Assembly (NCBI GenBank): GCA_002633005.1
Contig: NMRA01000233.1
Location: 372,001-436,000 of the forward strand
Length of the DNA: 64,000 bases
Reading direction: 5' to 3'
From: Phoronis australis
Taxonomy: Eukaryota > Animalia > Phoronida
Part shown: positions 14,201 through 26,469 of the stretch, in pieces
How positions within the stretch are numbered: position 1 is the stretch's first letter
How the letters are laid out: each line of letters starts with the position of its first letter
Notes under the pieces: generated by a model
Database searches by the model: none
Told to the model about the DNA's origin: nothing
Seen by the model: the letters and a program-made list of their open reading frames with translations, nothing else
Translations under genes and position numbers: made by a program

Positions 14201-16125
14201 CAGCTAAGCACGGTGAATTGGAACTTAACGCCGGTACAAGCTTTAACTACATGTATATGCATGTATGATATTAAAGTTGAAACTGGTCTGTTGGATTCCA
14301 TGCTCTGATTTCCTAGATCTTCGGAGACCTCTCGACTCCTTCGATGGGATGTTGACTGTGATGAATCGCGGGAACTCTGGTCACGTGGGATCTCGAAACT
14401 GCCTCTATACTGTCGTTCCAGGATGAAGATAATTTAAATCTGGCGTCACCTAGTTTGTTGAGAGAACCGCACAAGTAACGGATATAGCAACACAGACGTT
14501 CTGCGGGGGAAGGAATTTCATCAGCTGTGTATAATCACCTGTTCAGTAATGAAATGTAAAGATCCTGTGCAGAGAAAAGAACTGATTTGAGGGAGGTGTG
14601 CAGGAGGCTATTTGTATCACAGTCCTACAGCCTTCTTTCAGAAAATTACCTAGTGCCAGATTTAAATTATCTTCATCCTGGAACGAGGGTATAGAGGCAG
14701 TTCCGAGATCCCACGTGATCAGAGTTACCGCGATTCATCACAGTCAACATCCCATCGAAGGTAAGACGAGAGGTCTCCGAAGATCTAGAAAATCAAAAAG
14801 GTAATCCAGCAGACCAGTTTCAACTTTAATATCATGAACATTCCTGGGTGGCTCAAGGCGGTCTACATTGTAGGATAAAATCTAAAACCAGGGACCTCTG
14901 CCATAGGTTGTATTCAGTCGATGATTTACTCCGAAACTTACTTGATATGCACTTGGGTATAGCACAATACTGCCATCGTACCGTGGGCGAGTCGACATAG
15001 CACCACGGACCATGGGTAGAGCCATCGGGATTACGACAGTAATTGACGGCCGACTCCACTGTTTCCTCTCCCGGAAACTCGCTGTCACGTGTGCCAACTG
15101 TGTGGGTATTTGGCGATTGGGAGCTCCAGCGCTGACAAGCCGCTCCGCTCTCTGTTACAGACACTCTGCCTCTAAAACTTTGACCTTTTTCATCCGTCTT
15201 ACACGTGACATCACTGATAAGTACTTTTTCTACGAGAAATTATCAAGAAATAAATTAGGTTACATCAAGTATGAGATTGCCATGTTGTAAAAAGCCTAAC
15301 AAAATTGCTCAACAAGTCCATTACCAATATTTAAACTCGTACTCAAATACTAAAACGTTCCTTTTCATGGATGTGCGATATATTACAGCGAATAGTCCTA
15401 AAGGACCCCCTGAAATGCCACCAAAGAGTCATTTGTTTTGTTTTCATTAGTTTAACATACCGAGGATTTCCGACAGAGCTCCCCGCAAGAACATGAAGGC
15501 CCACTATCGGAAATTGTTATTGTTCCGGTCCGAATTCAAAAATGTGAAATAGCAATGACAGATTTTTCTAACTGAAATTAATGAGACGAGAAAAACACTT
15601 GTATTTATTAAAAATTTAATAATACCAGTTGTCTGGTTCACTATTAAACCCACGTTTACCGTAAACGGTGATGGAGATTAAAATTTTGACTGATCAGTCT
15701 TCAAATATTTTAATGTCATCGGATTATAAGATCGATTGAATGTGACGCTTCGTGACAAACTGGAAAAATCACTGAAAAGCCAACGCAACAGATTAGCCTA
15801 GGATTACAAAACCCAATTAATGGAAAAAATAATACGACGTTAATCATGCCGAAAATAATCAACTGCCGAATGGTTTACTTTAAACGGCATACTGTCTGCC
15901 TTATACCTCGAAATTAGTGTTAAAATTAGAGCAAACGTAGAATTAAATACAATTTTGCAAATTATAGATTGCCATGCACGTAACGTAGTTTTACTTTCTT
16001 GCTTTAACTGTCTTGTAGAAAATGCAGAAGTGCAAGAAATGGTTACCTGCAGTTGTTGCACCAAGATATACCGAGACACAAGCCAACCAAACTGTGATAA
16101 CCCTAAGACTGCGTCCGCAGTCCAT
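4073..16125 (-). CDS. Multi-exon secreted mosaic protein: signal peptide-Kringle-vWA-vWD-C8-TIL (FCGBP/zonadhesin/mucin-like D assembly); 3'-incomplete in window
   Basis: Hand-spliced exons in transcript order: 16125-16047, 15229-14942, 13685-13350, 13102-12881, 11401-11142, 10636-10409, 8838-8726, 7486-7320, 4768-4562, 4269-4073. All are GT-AG with compatible phases (1,1,1,1,0,0,2,1,1,0), giving 2097 nt = 699 open codons. No stop was reached and no further exon was found in 1-4072. Confidence 0.9.
4562..4768 (-). CDS. Exon 9: C8 domain
   Basis: GPFADC...RNCIFDIC...[27 protein letters not shown]. Confidence 0.93.
5181..5229. repeat. (AAC)n microsatellite
   Basis: Direct inspection. Confidence 0.95.
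6184..6325. mobile_element. Small MITE of a family with GCGTTCCGTAG-type termini
   Basis: GGTTGCGCGTTCCGTAGA ... TCTAAGGAACGCAGACC; similar termini at ~3452, ~17931/18130, ~21343, ~37123 and ~62001. Confidence 0.45.
7320..7486 (-). CDS. Exon 8: linker between vWD and C8
   Basis: [34 protein letters not shown]...[10 protein letters not shown]; phase 2->1, joins to PFADC. Confidence 0.85.
7924..8527. mobile_element. PIF/Harbinger-type MITE in intron 7
   Basis: TTA|AGCCCCAGTCCCATATA ... TATATGGAACTGGGGTT|TTA (17-bp imperfect TIR, 3-bp TTA TSD). Confidence 0.75.
8726..8838 (-). CDS. Exon 7: end of vWD domain (not in the ORF track in this frame)
   Basis: cctttcag|[38 protein letters not shown]|gtgcgt; matches the vWD 'ND...G.SW.V' ending; phase 0->2 joins exons 6 and 8. 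Confidence 0.88.
10409..10636 (-). CDS. Exon 6: vWD domain, second part
   Basis: [11 protein letters not shown]...[23 protein letters not shown] (vWD CGLCGN-type motif); phase 0-0. Confidence 0.95.
11142..11401 (-). CDS. Exon 5: vWD domain, first part
   Basis: [31 protein letters not shown], the GDPH motif typical of vWD. Confidence 0.95.
12881..13102 (-). CDS. Exon 4: vWA domain, C-terminal part
   Basis: [10 protein letters not shown]...[23 protein letters not shown]...ACP; 222 nt, phase 1-1. Confidence 0.93.
13350..13685 (-). CDS. Exon 3: vWA domain, N-terminal part
   Basis: [13 protein letters not shown] (MIDAS DxSxS), [25 protein letters not shown]; 336 nt, phase 1-1. Confidence 0.95.
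13940..14210. mobile_element. Degenerate palindromic MITE; one-arm copy at ~7735-7845
   Basis: Arm actctcatcaaatcggtctcataatattcctcacc..ataggattcc is mirrored by agaatcctgtcaccataaggaacctcaagacaccaatttatgagtgt; a similar arm occurs at 7780-7840. Confidence 0.55.
14275..14825. mobile_element. Fold-back MITE with ~170-bp TIRs, TTAA-flanked (Kolobok-like AG...CT ends)
   Basis: TTAA|AGTTGAAACTGGTCTG...TTTAAATCTGGC, mirrored by GCCAGATTTAAA...CAGACCAGTTTCAACT|TTAA. Confidence 0.8.
14942..15229 (-). CDS. Exon 2: Kringle domain
   Basis: [34 protein letters not shown]...[32 protein letters not shown]; six kringle cysteines; 288 nt, phase 1-1, donor gtaagt. Confidence 0.95.
16047..16125 (-). CDS. 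Coding exon 1: signal peptide
   Basis: [26 protein letters not shown]; acceptor ctttacag at 16139-16140 just upstream of the ATG; donor G|gtaacc, phase 1 matching the kringle exon. Confidence 0.75.
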
Positions 16126-19100
16126 ATTCTTTCACAGCCTGTAAAGTAACAACAAATGACAGATGTCGGCAATTAATGTGGATCTTTGTCATTATTTAGT
16201 CTAAAAAGATGGCATATCCAAATAAAAAATGAATAGTTGGTCTCTATTGTTCAGGTAAACGACTACGAAACAATATATTTTGTTACAAACACGCTTCCGT
16301 GCGCCTTAACTGTCTAGATGAAGCAAGACTACGTTTTGGTCTGTTAAGGCGAATATCTAAAAAAAACATGCTTATCAAGGTGGCTTAATTTTTAAATATT
16401 CCTATGTATTTGTATATCCCATTTTGACGTAATACAATATAGGCAGGTGAGGTTCGATTCCGTTGAACCGTCTTATAAAGGTACAAAAACAGCTTGCTTG
16501 GCAGATCTTTAGTGCTCTTTTCGACACTCCGTCCACTCAAAAGTTCGCAAACCTGAGATGGTAACGGGTGACAAGGACTGTAACTACATATGGATGTGTA
16601 TGATGTGTTCAGTGTTCCACTATATGTAACTTCAAATATCAAAGAGTCACCAGGGACAAACCAGATTTTCATGCTTGAACAAGGCATACAATAGTTCTCT
16701 GTTCAAATTCATTTTCTGTGTCTGGTGTGAGAGAGCGGAATGCATTCCCGGAAGTTTTAAAAGGAAGTGTTAACCACTCGTGTTTCATGCGAAATTGCCC
16801 GACCATTTTCACTTGTCATAGTCTTGACTGCCTTACACCCTCTCAGCACCAAGATTGTACATACTCATCGTCTCATCACCTTACAATTTATCATTACTAA
16901 TTGTTTTATTTATTCTCTTTCTAACTCTGCCTTTGAGGGCCACGTTGTAAAAATGCCACGACTTAGCCCTAGTTGGACACTTGGTTGAGCAGCAAACTGT
17001 GCAGTGATGCTCCCTATTTCTCGACCAATAATGTAGCCCAGAGTTTAAACCGTTCTTTATCCACGGCGGCGTCAGTACAACAACATGCCACACTTCGAGT
17101 CCTCCTGAAAATTTGTACTGGAATCGTGAAGCGTGAATAGATAAATTTCGAGCCTCAATCGAGTTTTGTTTCAGAGATTTATATGCTGTGGACAGGTGTT
17201 TTTGCCAGTGTGTACGATGGCAACAACAACCCTTTTTAAAAAATTTCAAACCAACAAATATTCAGACAACATCACTGATAAATTTTCAGTTTTAACTTCT
17301 TTATTTTTTAATAACAAACACAGTAGCATGTATAAAGGAAACACGAATGGGTTATTCAAAAGGACTTTTGGCCTTTTTGTGACCTGATTCATGATAGTCT
17401 GACGCATAAGCCTACAAGTCCTAATTAGAAAAATTAGTCTATGGATTGAAGTTTTCAAGACTTCATTTCATAGCTAGACTATTGACTTCAAGCCTGTCTG
17501 CTTCTCACGTGACACAGCATCTCTAACCGTATTTACAAGCGCAACGTCTAACCTAACATACCAGCAACTCATAATGCAGTATTGCTAAACTCAATCTTTT
17601 TACAAATGAGAGGTGATCTACCTGAGTATTTAATACAACTCAACAAAAGCACACAATAGTAAATTTTTCATAAGAGCTATCGGCTGATCAAAGATGTCTG
17701 CACACATTAGTGTTCCTAGAAGTCACCAAAGACAAAATTTGAAGCAAAGTCCGTGTCAGCTTTACATATCTCAACCTCAGTTATCTAACAATTATTTAAT
17801 ACGATGTTTTACCAATCGTATTCAATATAACACAGATCAGAAACAGTTTAACTGATCTACCCTAAACTAAAAATTCAAAATGGCCGCGATGTCCACCATC
17901 AGACGATGCAAACTTGATGGACAAGGACCACGGTTGCATTCCATGAACGCGCACAGTCGAGAGACTTCCACCAAGAATTCTTCGCTTATGGGACAAAATC
18001 AGTGACATTTATTTCATAATTGAACACATTATCAACGTATGCTAGTAATATACCGTACGTACTCGAAAAACACTCGCCTTTCACTCTCATGATTTTGCGT
18101 GGCCATCCCGCTGGCTATGGAACGCAGCCCAGGACAAGTGACCGATTGAAATATTTTTGAACCATGAAATGTGTAAGATTCAGCAGAAAATTTTCACAGC
18201 CCAACAGTGTCTCATGTCAAAAGTCCCTAAAGCATAACCCCGGTCCCGTTTCAGGCAAATTTCCATTTGGTAATTTTTGCATTGGAGCACCAGTTTGCCG
18301 GGTTCTGGATTCCGTCAAATTTCGTAAGATTAATTCCGGGGAAATTTATTCACGACTTGGAAGTTTGTTTACCTAATTAAAATTCCAAGCCAGTCTGCTC
18401 TTGGCCACTGGCAATATTACAGCTGTTCTGACTCTTCAATTAACAAACAGATGTGATCAGACGCACAGATGTCTGACAAGGATATTTTCAAGACCTGTCG
18501 AAAGGGGGCTACAGAACTTGCTGGGTTTCTTGATGGCATTAGGACTCAACAGACTTATGAAAATAGTTTCTCTAGAAGATTGGAGTGAAATTCCTGGGAT
18601 TTTATATGCATGGGGATGTGACTAATATCATATACAAATCCACAACAATTAAATGGCAAAAGTGAACGAACGATTCCGAAATTCACCACTATTTGGAATA
18701 AAACTTTCTAACTTTATAAATATTAGACGTACAATTCAGACATGCATTGGCAGAACAGCAAAGAGGCGTCTATAATTGAACGTATACATGTACATATAGA
18801 AAATTATGTTATGACCTTTTTAACAGTGAATTAAGTAATCGTAACAGCTATGGAGCGTATATCTGAACTTTAAGACGTCACGCAATCTTGAGACTACGCT
18901 ACCGAATCTAGCATCGTAGACAATTTGTTTGCAGCTTAGCCGTCTGACCGAAGTCGCGGCGAATGCCTGCTGCGTCTTTCATAGGAGTCTTTACAATCAG
19001 CGCCATCAGCTGTTGATTTTCCCGTACCTCTTTGCAGCTCTTACTTATGCAGACGACAATGTCCCGCTCTTCTCGATTATGATTACAGCCTCTAAACAGA

Positions 19101-22100
19101 TTAACAAAATATTCAAATTCAATTGACAGAAATTGACATGAATGCAGCATACGCTTACCCACATAAAGTTTTTAAAGCAATACAAAGCGTTCGGTTGAAA
19201 TGACTGCACCACAAATGGTATGCTTCTATGTGTGTTCATTGGCACCATATAATGCATAAAATTACACTATTCGGTCAAAACTGGAAGTTGCCTGGTGTTG
19301 ATGCGTCACATCCATACACCTCTTTGTGAAGGTCTATAAAAATGTGAACCCGTTTTAAATACAATAAAAGACAAACAGCATCTTGTCAATTACTAGAATC
19401 GCTGGTGCGCTGCAGTGGTCTAATCTGTCCTGAAACCAAATGCGACGGGGAATCCCAGCCACAAACCCTTGGGTCAAGTTTCATCAGAATCTGGCTATCT
19501 GTTTTGAGAGTAATCGACAGGTAAGGAAAATCCTACCGGATAATGCTATGGTGAACAGTTGGTACATGTGTTATTGCGGTCAAATCTGTGAGAAAATCGA
19601 CTGGTGCCATCTCATCCCCGACACAAACCATTCTGTCAAATCATGATAGGCAACGGACCAGGAGATTTTGTCAAAAAGTAAAATAGCCAACAGGGGGTGC
19701 TAGTAAGGGTAATCGTCTACGCCCGAAATTCGTCAAGCTGTTCGGCCAAACACTGTCTGGTTAAAATCTAAACTGCCAATAGGGGCAGACGCGGTATTCG
19801 AATCTGCCTGACTTTCTATTGGTGCCAGCAATTTCCCTTGAAATACCTCTGCGTCGAGTTTTGGAAAATTTCGTCCAGTGTTTTTGTCAAAACCGACAAG
19901 TAATTCTTGTCGAAAAGCAAAACAACCAACAGGGGATACTACATGGAGTGTAGTCGCCTTCGTCCAAAAAATCCAATGGTTCTGGCGCATTCCGACGACG
20001 TAGCCCTAAGTAAACTTTCGTCAAAATTCTTCAAGTGTTTTCACGAAAAACTGACAGACAAGGAATATCTTGTTGAAAACTAAAATACCACGGTAGTCGA
20101 ATGTGTGTGATAACCGACTGGTGCCGACGCATACATATCATATAGCTTTGCGTTAAGTTTAGTCGAAATTCGATTTGCCAATAATTGACGAGCAAGGAAT
20201 TCCTTTCCAAAAACTAAAATGGCTAACAGGCGTGCCATGGTAGTCGAGTCTGTCGAAAAATTTGCTACAGTCAGCATATCCTAGCCACATGATTCTGTGA
20301 CAAATTTCATCGTGATCCGTTTCGCGGTTTAGGAAAGGCACAGACCAACAGGACAGGATGCTGAATAAATGCGCGGAAAAATATGAGTGCATACAGTGTG
20401 TAAAACGTTAAACATGGTACCAACAAGAAATGCGTTTTGTATGAATTAGGAGCACTTTCGAGGTGTTTGTGAAATACTGTCTAAAATGGTTTCAGACACT
20501 TAAAAATACTTTTTCTGTTCAAAGTATAACAACATAGTTGGATTTTGAAATGCTCAAAATTCGACACACAATAAAGTATTATAAAATACACGCCTAACTC
20601 ACAAAAAGTATTTGAGCGCTAGTGATGATTTCAGTACTTAGTTATTCAAATCAACTGGGTTGGAAATATTGCATTCAATCTTTCTTAACCCACTATATAT
20701 AACAAGTTTTTATAATCTTCTGCGTAGTTGTGTCTTTTTTTGCTCATAAATAATGTTTTTCTATGATTTACCTTCATTATAAACTCTTCTGTTACTAATA
20801 ACATTTTTAACAAAATATCCAAAGCTTGACCCTTATTTCAGTGAAAGTGAATTGAGACATAGTTCTTAAATAAGGGGCTTTGCATGAGAAGATACGTATT
20901 TATTTCCAATAATATTAAGAATTCAACGTAGAGTTCGCTCTCAGTCTGTATCAAAGCTAAGATTTGGTTAGTTACGAAAAAAATATTATAAGGACGTTAA
21001 GTGTTTTCACAAGTTCACAAATGAAGTGAAAACGGAACATAGTTGAGCCCCTATTTGGATCGTTTCATGCAACCGGCCACTGTACAGCCAGCTACGCCAT
21101 AGTAAATTCTTCCAACCGAGAAGTGTTCAGTAACACTGGTGTCTCAATAGAAAAGAAGTGAAATCCCGCCGTATATTTTCAGTGAGATCACGTGATTTTG
21201 CCTAAATTTTGAACTCGATTCTTGGCTGAGTGCCAAAGACGCAGCAATCTCGTGAACGAAGCTAGTGTAATCGCAGACTTCACTTGTAACGCACGACGAC
21301 GTCTTGCGAAGTCTTGTACGCATGAATTTTGCAGGACTGGCGTCTACGGAAAGCACGTGCAACATAAAGCGACAGGAAAAAGAAACCAGCAACATTGCTA
21401 ATCGCATCGAATCTCGAACTCTATCATTTGACAACATGCTGATCGCAAAGAACACCGCATAAAATTCCCATGCAAGAACGCTGTAGAACAACTAACATAT
21501 TGAATCACCTTTGAGCGACAGGGCGCATAATTTCACAACATTAGGCCTACTTCTGTATCAACAAAATGTCAAACTGGTGAATCTCGACTAGGCTTCACTC
21601 TGTAGGCCCAAAACACTCGCGAGAAAAAACTGTGATCAAGTGGTTCGGTGGCAATGCATGAACGTTTTTTCGCTTAGTCTTGATTGATTTTGCTTTTTCA
21701 CAAGGGTCTTGTGTTTACAGAACACAACATGGGTTCGATCAACCGTATCGTATAACCTGAAAACGGGTTGAAAATAGAAATGTAAATTGTCTTCCAACGA
21801 AATCACCAGTGTGCCGATGTACAAGCACCACCTTTACTATAAGTTTAATACCAAATACGATGAGCAAAAACAAGTTTTATCACGCGTCAAAACGGTTGAT
21901 ATTCAGTGACTGAGCCTGCACCGCGCTAGGCAGTTGCGAAAGTTGTCTAGTATGGCCCGACCCTAAACTAGTACTAGTAGGGGCTATGTGTGTGTTACCA
22001 AGGGCGGAGCCTGAGCCGCCTGTCATGAGTGATAATTATAAAAGTTAATATCAAAGCCAAGCTAACTTACCAATCAAGCAAAATCTTCGCACTCAGCGAC

Positions 22101-22804
22101 TGCGTGACGGCAAGCTTGCATCGTAGATCATTTCAGAGCCAAACTAATCTCCAAAGGAGACTTTACGGCGGTGATAGTGTACTCGTTGACGCTTTTTCAT
22201 CGGAGTTTTCAGCAGAAAACGACCTCTTTTCCGACCCATAACATAAATTTTGAACTAGACTGATAGACTGACTCAAATTGAAAATTCTACTGCGCATGTT
22301 GGACAAGAGATTTTCAATTGTCACTCACTTTGGCAACCATTTTATATGTGTGCAACCAAAACATTAAAAATTGAACTGAAGAATTCGTGTTTAATTAAAG
22401 TTAGTTTAAAAAAGTCGATCTCATGTAGAAAGAGCATTATTTGGCCTTAGGTTTCGACCAATTTGGTTTGCCTTGAAATCTGTTTTAAGATTTTTTAACA
22501 GAAATGAAGCGGAAAGAGTGAAACGTCAAAAATATACATATAATTGGTTAAATGTATTTTTGGTTACGAGAGAAAGTTACTGTCATATATTTTTTTTGTT
22601 AAATTTCGATTTCTGTTGAAAAACATTTTGCCTTATTTAATAATACAAAACCAATGTTCTTGTAAATGAACATTTTAAAATTTGCTGAGTTGTCATGTAC
22701 TTTTCTGTTTTAAGATTCGTTTTATAAGCTAATATTAACAAAAATCAGAAAAGTGTATCATATCACCACCTCATAGGTGTTTGTCTAAAAAGGTTTCAAC
22801 TTAC

Positions 22805-22926
22805 CTTGTGGCAACAGTTTATTATCTGCGAACGTCACAGCGGCAAGAGCCTTTTTATGGTGCCACGTGATTTGCTCACTCCAGCCGTTTGAACACGGAT
22901 TACGGTTCGGACTATTGTTGACGTCA
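22805..22926 (-). promoter_or_regulatory. Candidate promoter and short non-coding first exon of the Kringle-vWA-vWD gene
   Basis: On the minus strand: CRE palindrome TGACGTCA (22919-22926), CACGTG E-box (22864-22869), CATAAAAA TATA-like box (22852-22859), then a consensus donor AAG|GTAAGT at 22805/22804. Coding exon 1 has an acceptor, so an upstream exon is required. Confidence 0.45.
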
Positions 22927-23493
22927 TGATCGTATCTCAGAAATGGCTGACCGGATTCATACGAAACATTTGGATTATATGATTTATGAACTGATTTCCG
23001 GAATATTTTTTAGGAATTGTTTTCAAAACGTCCCACTTTTGCATAATTTTCAAGAAAACCTGAAAGATTGAATAATAATTTAGAAAACTATAACAGCGTT
23101 CATGAGATTAGATTCTGAACATTTATATCAAATGAAATTTGTTTCGGTCTTTTATTCTTATCAAATCAGTCTCAACATTTCATGATAGGGCTTATTTTCT
23201 ACTGACAAGAAGAGCACACAAACCCTCAGCAGATCGGAAAATCGTCGATTCTATTTGGGTTGGCCAACACTGAAACTTTAAAATGCCGGGGCGCAGGGAA
23301 AAAAATAGACAAAACACGTGTACTACAATGACCATTTCCGTGAGTACATCACAGATCAGCTGTTGGTGCTGGCTCTTCGAAATATGTTAAAAGTTGCAGC
23401 TAAACACGGCGAAATGGAGTTTTTTTATCCTGTACGGCTGATCTCCACCTTGATTGGCAGATCAGCAATCAGATGTCGTAGTGTAGACCTTAC

Positions 23494-23729
23494 CATGCGC
23501 GCACCCAGCCTAAAAAATGAGGGGGCTTGAATTTTTGAAAATGTGGACCTTTTACTAAGATTCACTGAGTATGTTCCGAGCCATGAATTCGCCGAATTTT
23601 GGTAGTTTCTGCCTTTTCAGTGGAATTTTGTCTCCATGTCTACTTTCTTCGGAGTTCTTGTTTCTCTGAGGCGGACCTTTTCCCCACTCCGCCAAATGAG
23701 CCAAACGAGTCCCATTGGGAGCGCGAATG
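23494..23729. mobile_element. Copy of the same hAT-like MITE family
   Basis: cttac|CATGCGCGCACCCAGCC ... GGGAGCGCGAATG|cttcc; reverse-complement similarity to 200-351. Confidence 0.7.
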
Positions 23730-24479
23730 CTTCCAGTCTCATATCCTAAGTAGAGGGAGTTTGTGTTCAAGACTAATCATAACGAGACCGGTCATTGACT
23801 GCGCGCTCTTGCCTTAACTAATGAGCTAAATACTGCATTTAGTTCAAAGTTGCGACCAAACTGCGGGAAGTGAACTACTTTGACTTTGTGCCTCGATATA
23901 TGAATGATATGATAAACGCTGTAAATGCTGGCTTAATTTCGTGGTGAATTCAATGACAGAATGACATCACTTCACATTTCAGATTTCACTTCGGTAAGAT
24001 TTAGGCTTATTTTCAATGTTCAGTACGGAGTCTTCCATCACTCTTCATGTTTTTCATCTCGAGGCCAAAAAAACGGAAGTGATGAAGACCAGGGCAATAC
24101 TAATAGTATAAACATCCACCCCCGCCTCCCACAAGTCACCAATCTTGAGGTCGACGCGATATCACGAGTAGCGTTGGTTCGACTGCCAAATCACAACATG
24201 CGTCGGATAACCGTAGACTGCGTAAGAATGACGTCCCTGTAACACGTGCTCTCACGCATGCATTATCGCCATTAGTCTTCAAAACATTACTATTTACGGA
24301 TCGAACTGTTGGCCTTGGATGATAATTATTTATCGCACTTCTCGTCAAACAACAGCTGTTCCAAATCCGCCAATACAAAAATACTAAAACCTAATCGATC
24401 AATAGATAACAAGTGTTGTTAACGTTTTAATCATTTATACTCTAGTTTTAAGATTATAATCAACTTCACACCTGTTGAC

Positions 24480-26160
24480 ATAAATGAAAGATCGATTGTG
24501 TCACTTTTGTTTACAACTGTTGGAAAGGGACCCTTAGGTTTAATAATTTCTTTGAGTTGTTAACATTTATTGCAATAATATAATTTTTCTCATCTGTATT
24601 TCTTTTTAAAGAGTCAAAAACCAGGCCATCTTTGGAGAAATATGTCTCCTAATCCATTTTTACAATAATTATATTTTTCGAATGTGAAATAAATTTCTAA
24701 TTATTGTTTGAAAAGTGTTATAGATGGAGATTCTACTTCTACGATATATCGACCGTTTTTGTGTGAATATAATATTCAGCTATTCTTTTCAAAAAAGACT
24801 TAACAAAAGTACAACCTCAAAATAAATGTTCTAAGCTTTCAGATTCATTCCTACAAAAGGTACATCGGTCAGTTGGAGAAATGCCAAAATCTCATTAAAA
24901 GTTATTTGTTACTAAAATTCTGTGTACAATTCTCATTTGAAACCATCAATATTTTGAAGTACACAAAACAGACGTTTGGAAACCTAACTCCCATTCTGTC
25001 ATTGATCTTGCAAAACCAAAAGTATTTTTCCATTTTTCTAATCATTTTGGTTTTTGAAACAAAGTTGTCAGAAAAATATCACATATATCACGAGTACCTT
25101 TCGAATTTTTCATCAAAGTTTGCCAGAGTTGTGGGATAACTGGTTGAAACACTTTTCCACTTGAAAACGATACTTTTGAAAGTAATTTCAAGCAGTTTTT
25201 TTAGTCGGCAATAGAGTGTAAAAAGGGTTTAAAGTCAAATTTGTCTGCAAAACTGTTGTCGTCAAATAAATCACCTGAATCTTACACCCTTTTCATTCCA
25301 AGTAGGGTAAAATATTGGTTTTCCTCCAATTTGAACCATTGTGTAATGCCATAAGGAATTGACAGTATCCTGTCGTTTTCTTTGACCTCGTTTAATATCC
25401 AACCAAACTCAAATGTTAAAACAAACACATCCTTCCAAAAAGAATTCCCTGTGGACTGGGCTAACATTTTTCCATTGAACATCTTTTCAATGTCAATTTG
25501 ACTTGAATTCCACAAAATATCTACCCAGGCCGAATTATTTTGTCCATTTATAATATTTTTTAACCATGTTACTTTAAGACCTTTAATAAAGGAAACTAAA
25601 TGAACCATGTTGAGACCACAATTTTACAATTTTGAACCATTGTCTTACGAGAAATTTTATCTTTTTTGTTACTTCAAATAATCTGAAAATTATTGTCTCC
25701 AGTTGTTTGATAAAATCGTCGTTTGGTGATGGGAGACTTAGAAATACTAAAGATTTCACCACACAAATTTTTCCCAGAACACTGAGGTATCTTCTGGACC
25801 AAGAGCGTAAGATATTCTGAATATCAATAAGTTTTTCATTAAAGCTCAAACCAATCATGTCATCTAGATTTACACTAAATTTAATCCCCAAAGTCGAAAA
25901 TTCTGTTTTTGATCATTTTAAAGTTTTTGCGAAATCAGGTATCCAGGTATCATACTTCCTGGTTCCAATCCATATACACTCGGTTTTTCAATATTAGGTT
26001 TAACACCTGAATACTTAGCAAATTGGTCCAGAAGATCCAGAGTCTTTTTGAGAGATTTGTCAGAACCATCTGTTACAATTGTATCATCGACATACTGTAG
26101 AATTTTTACCTCTTTAGTTCCACATCAAAATCCCTCTACTTCATTACTATCTCGAAATCT
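24480..26160 (-). mobile_element. 5'-truncated, decayed L1/Tx1-clade LINE (RT C-terminal half and zinc-binding region)
   Basis: Minus-strand LQYVDDT (~26080-26100), FAKYSGVKPN, LGIKF, WSRRYLSVLGKICVVKSL, LKVTWLK, CTFCRNESESLEHLF; frameshifts and stops. Confidence 0.85.
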
Positions 26161-26469
26161 GTCTAAATAATTTTTTGAAATTTTCTGTTTTCAACTTTTG
26201 TGTGAACTCAAGATAAGTATCTATTATCTTATAAGTACATAATATCTTGGGTGGATAACAGTCTAATACTAGTTTGCACTTGATGACCACAGATTGGCAC
26301 GAATCTAGGGGTCATCAAGTATGGAGTAAGGCTAGAAACTCATATGCCTAAACATTAATGTACTAACTAACACGTATCTTGAGTTCGCACAAAGTAGAAC
26401 GGAAAATGCCAAACATTTTTCGAGATAAATTTCAAGTAAAAGTATTAGTGTTGTTTTCGGTGATGATGG

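Noticed and set aside
20203-20238. accATGG MARLLAILVFG as signal-peptide exon of the vWD gene
   Set aside because: No GT donor follows; a better signal exon with correct phase exists at 16047-16125
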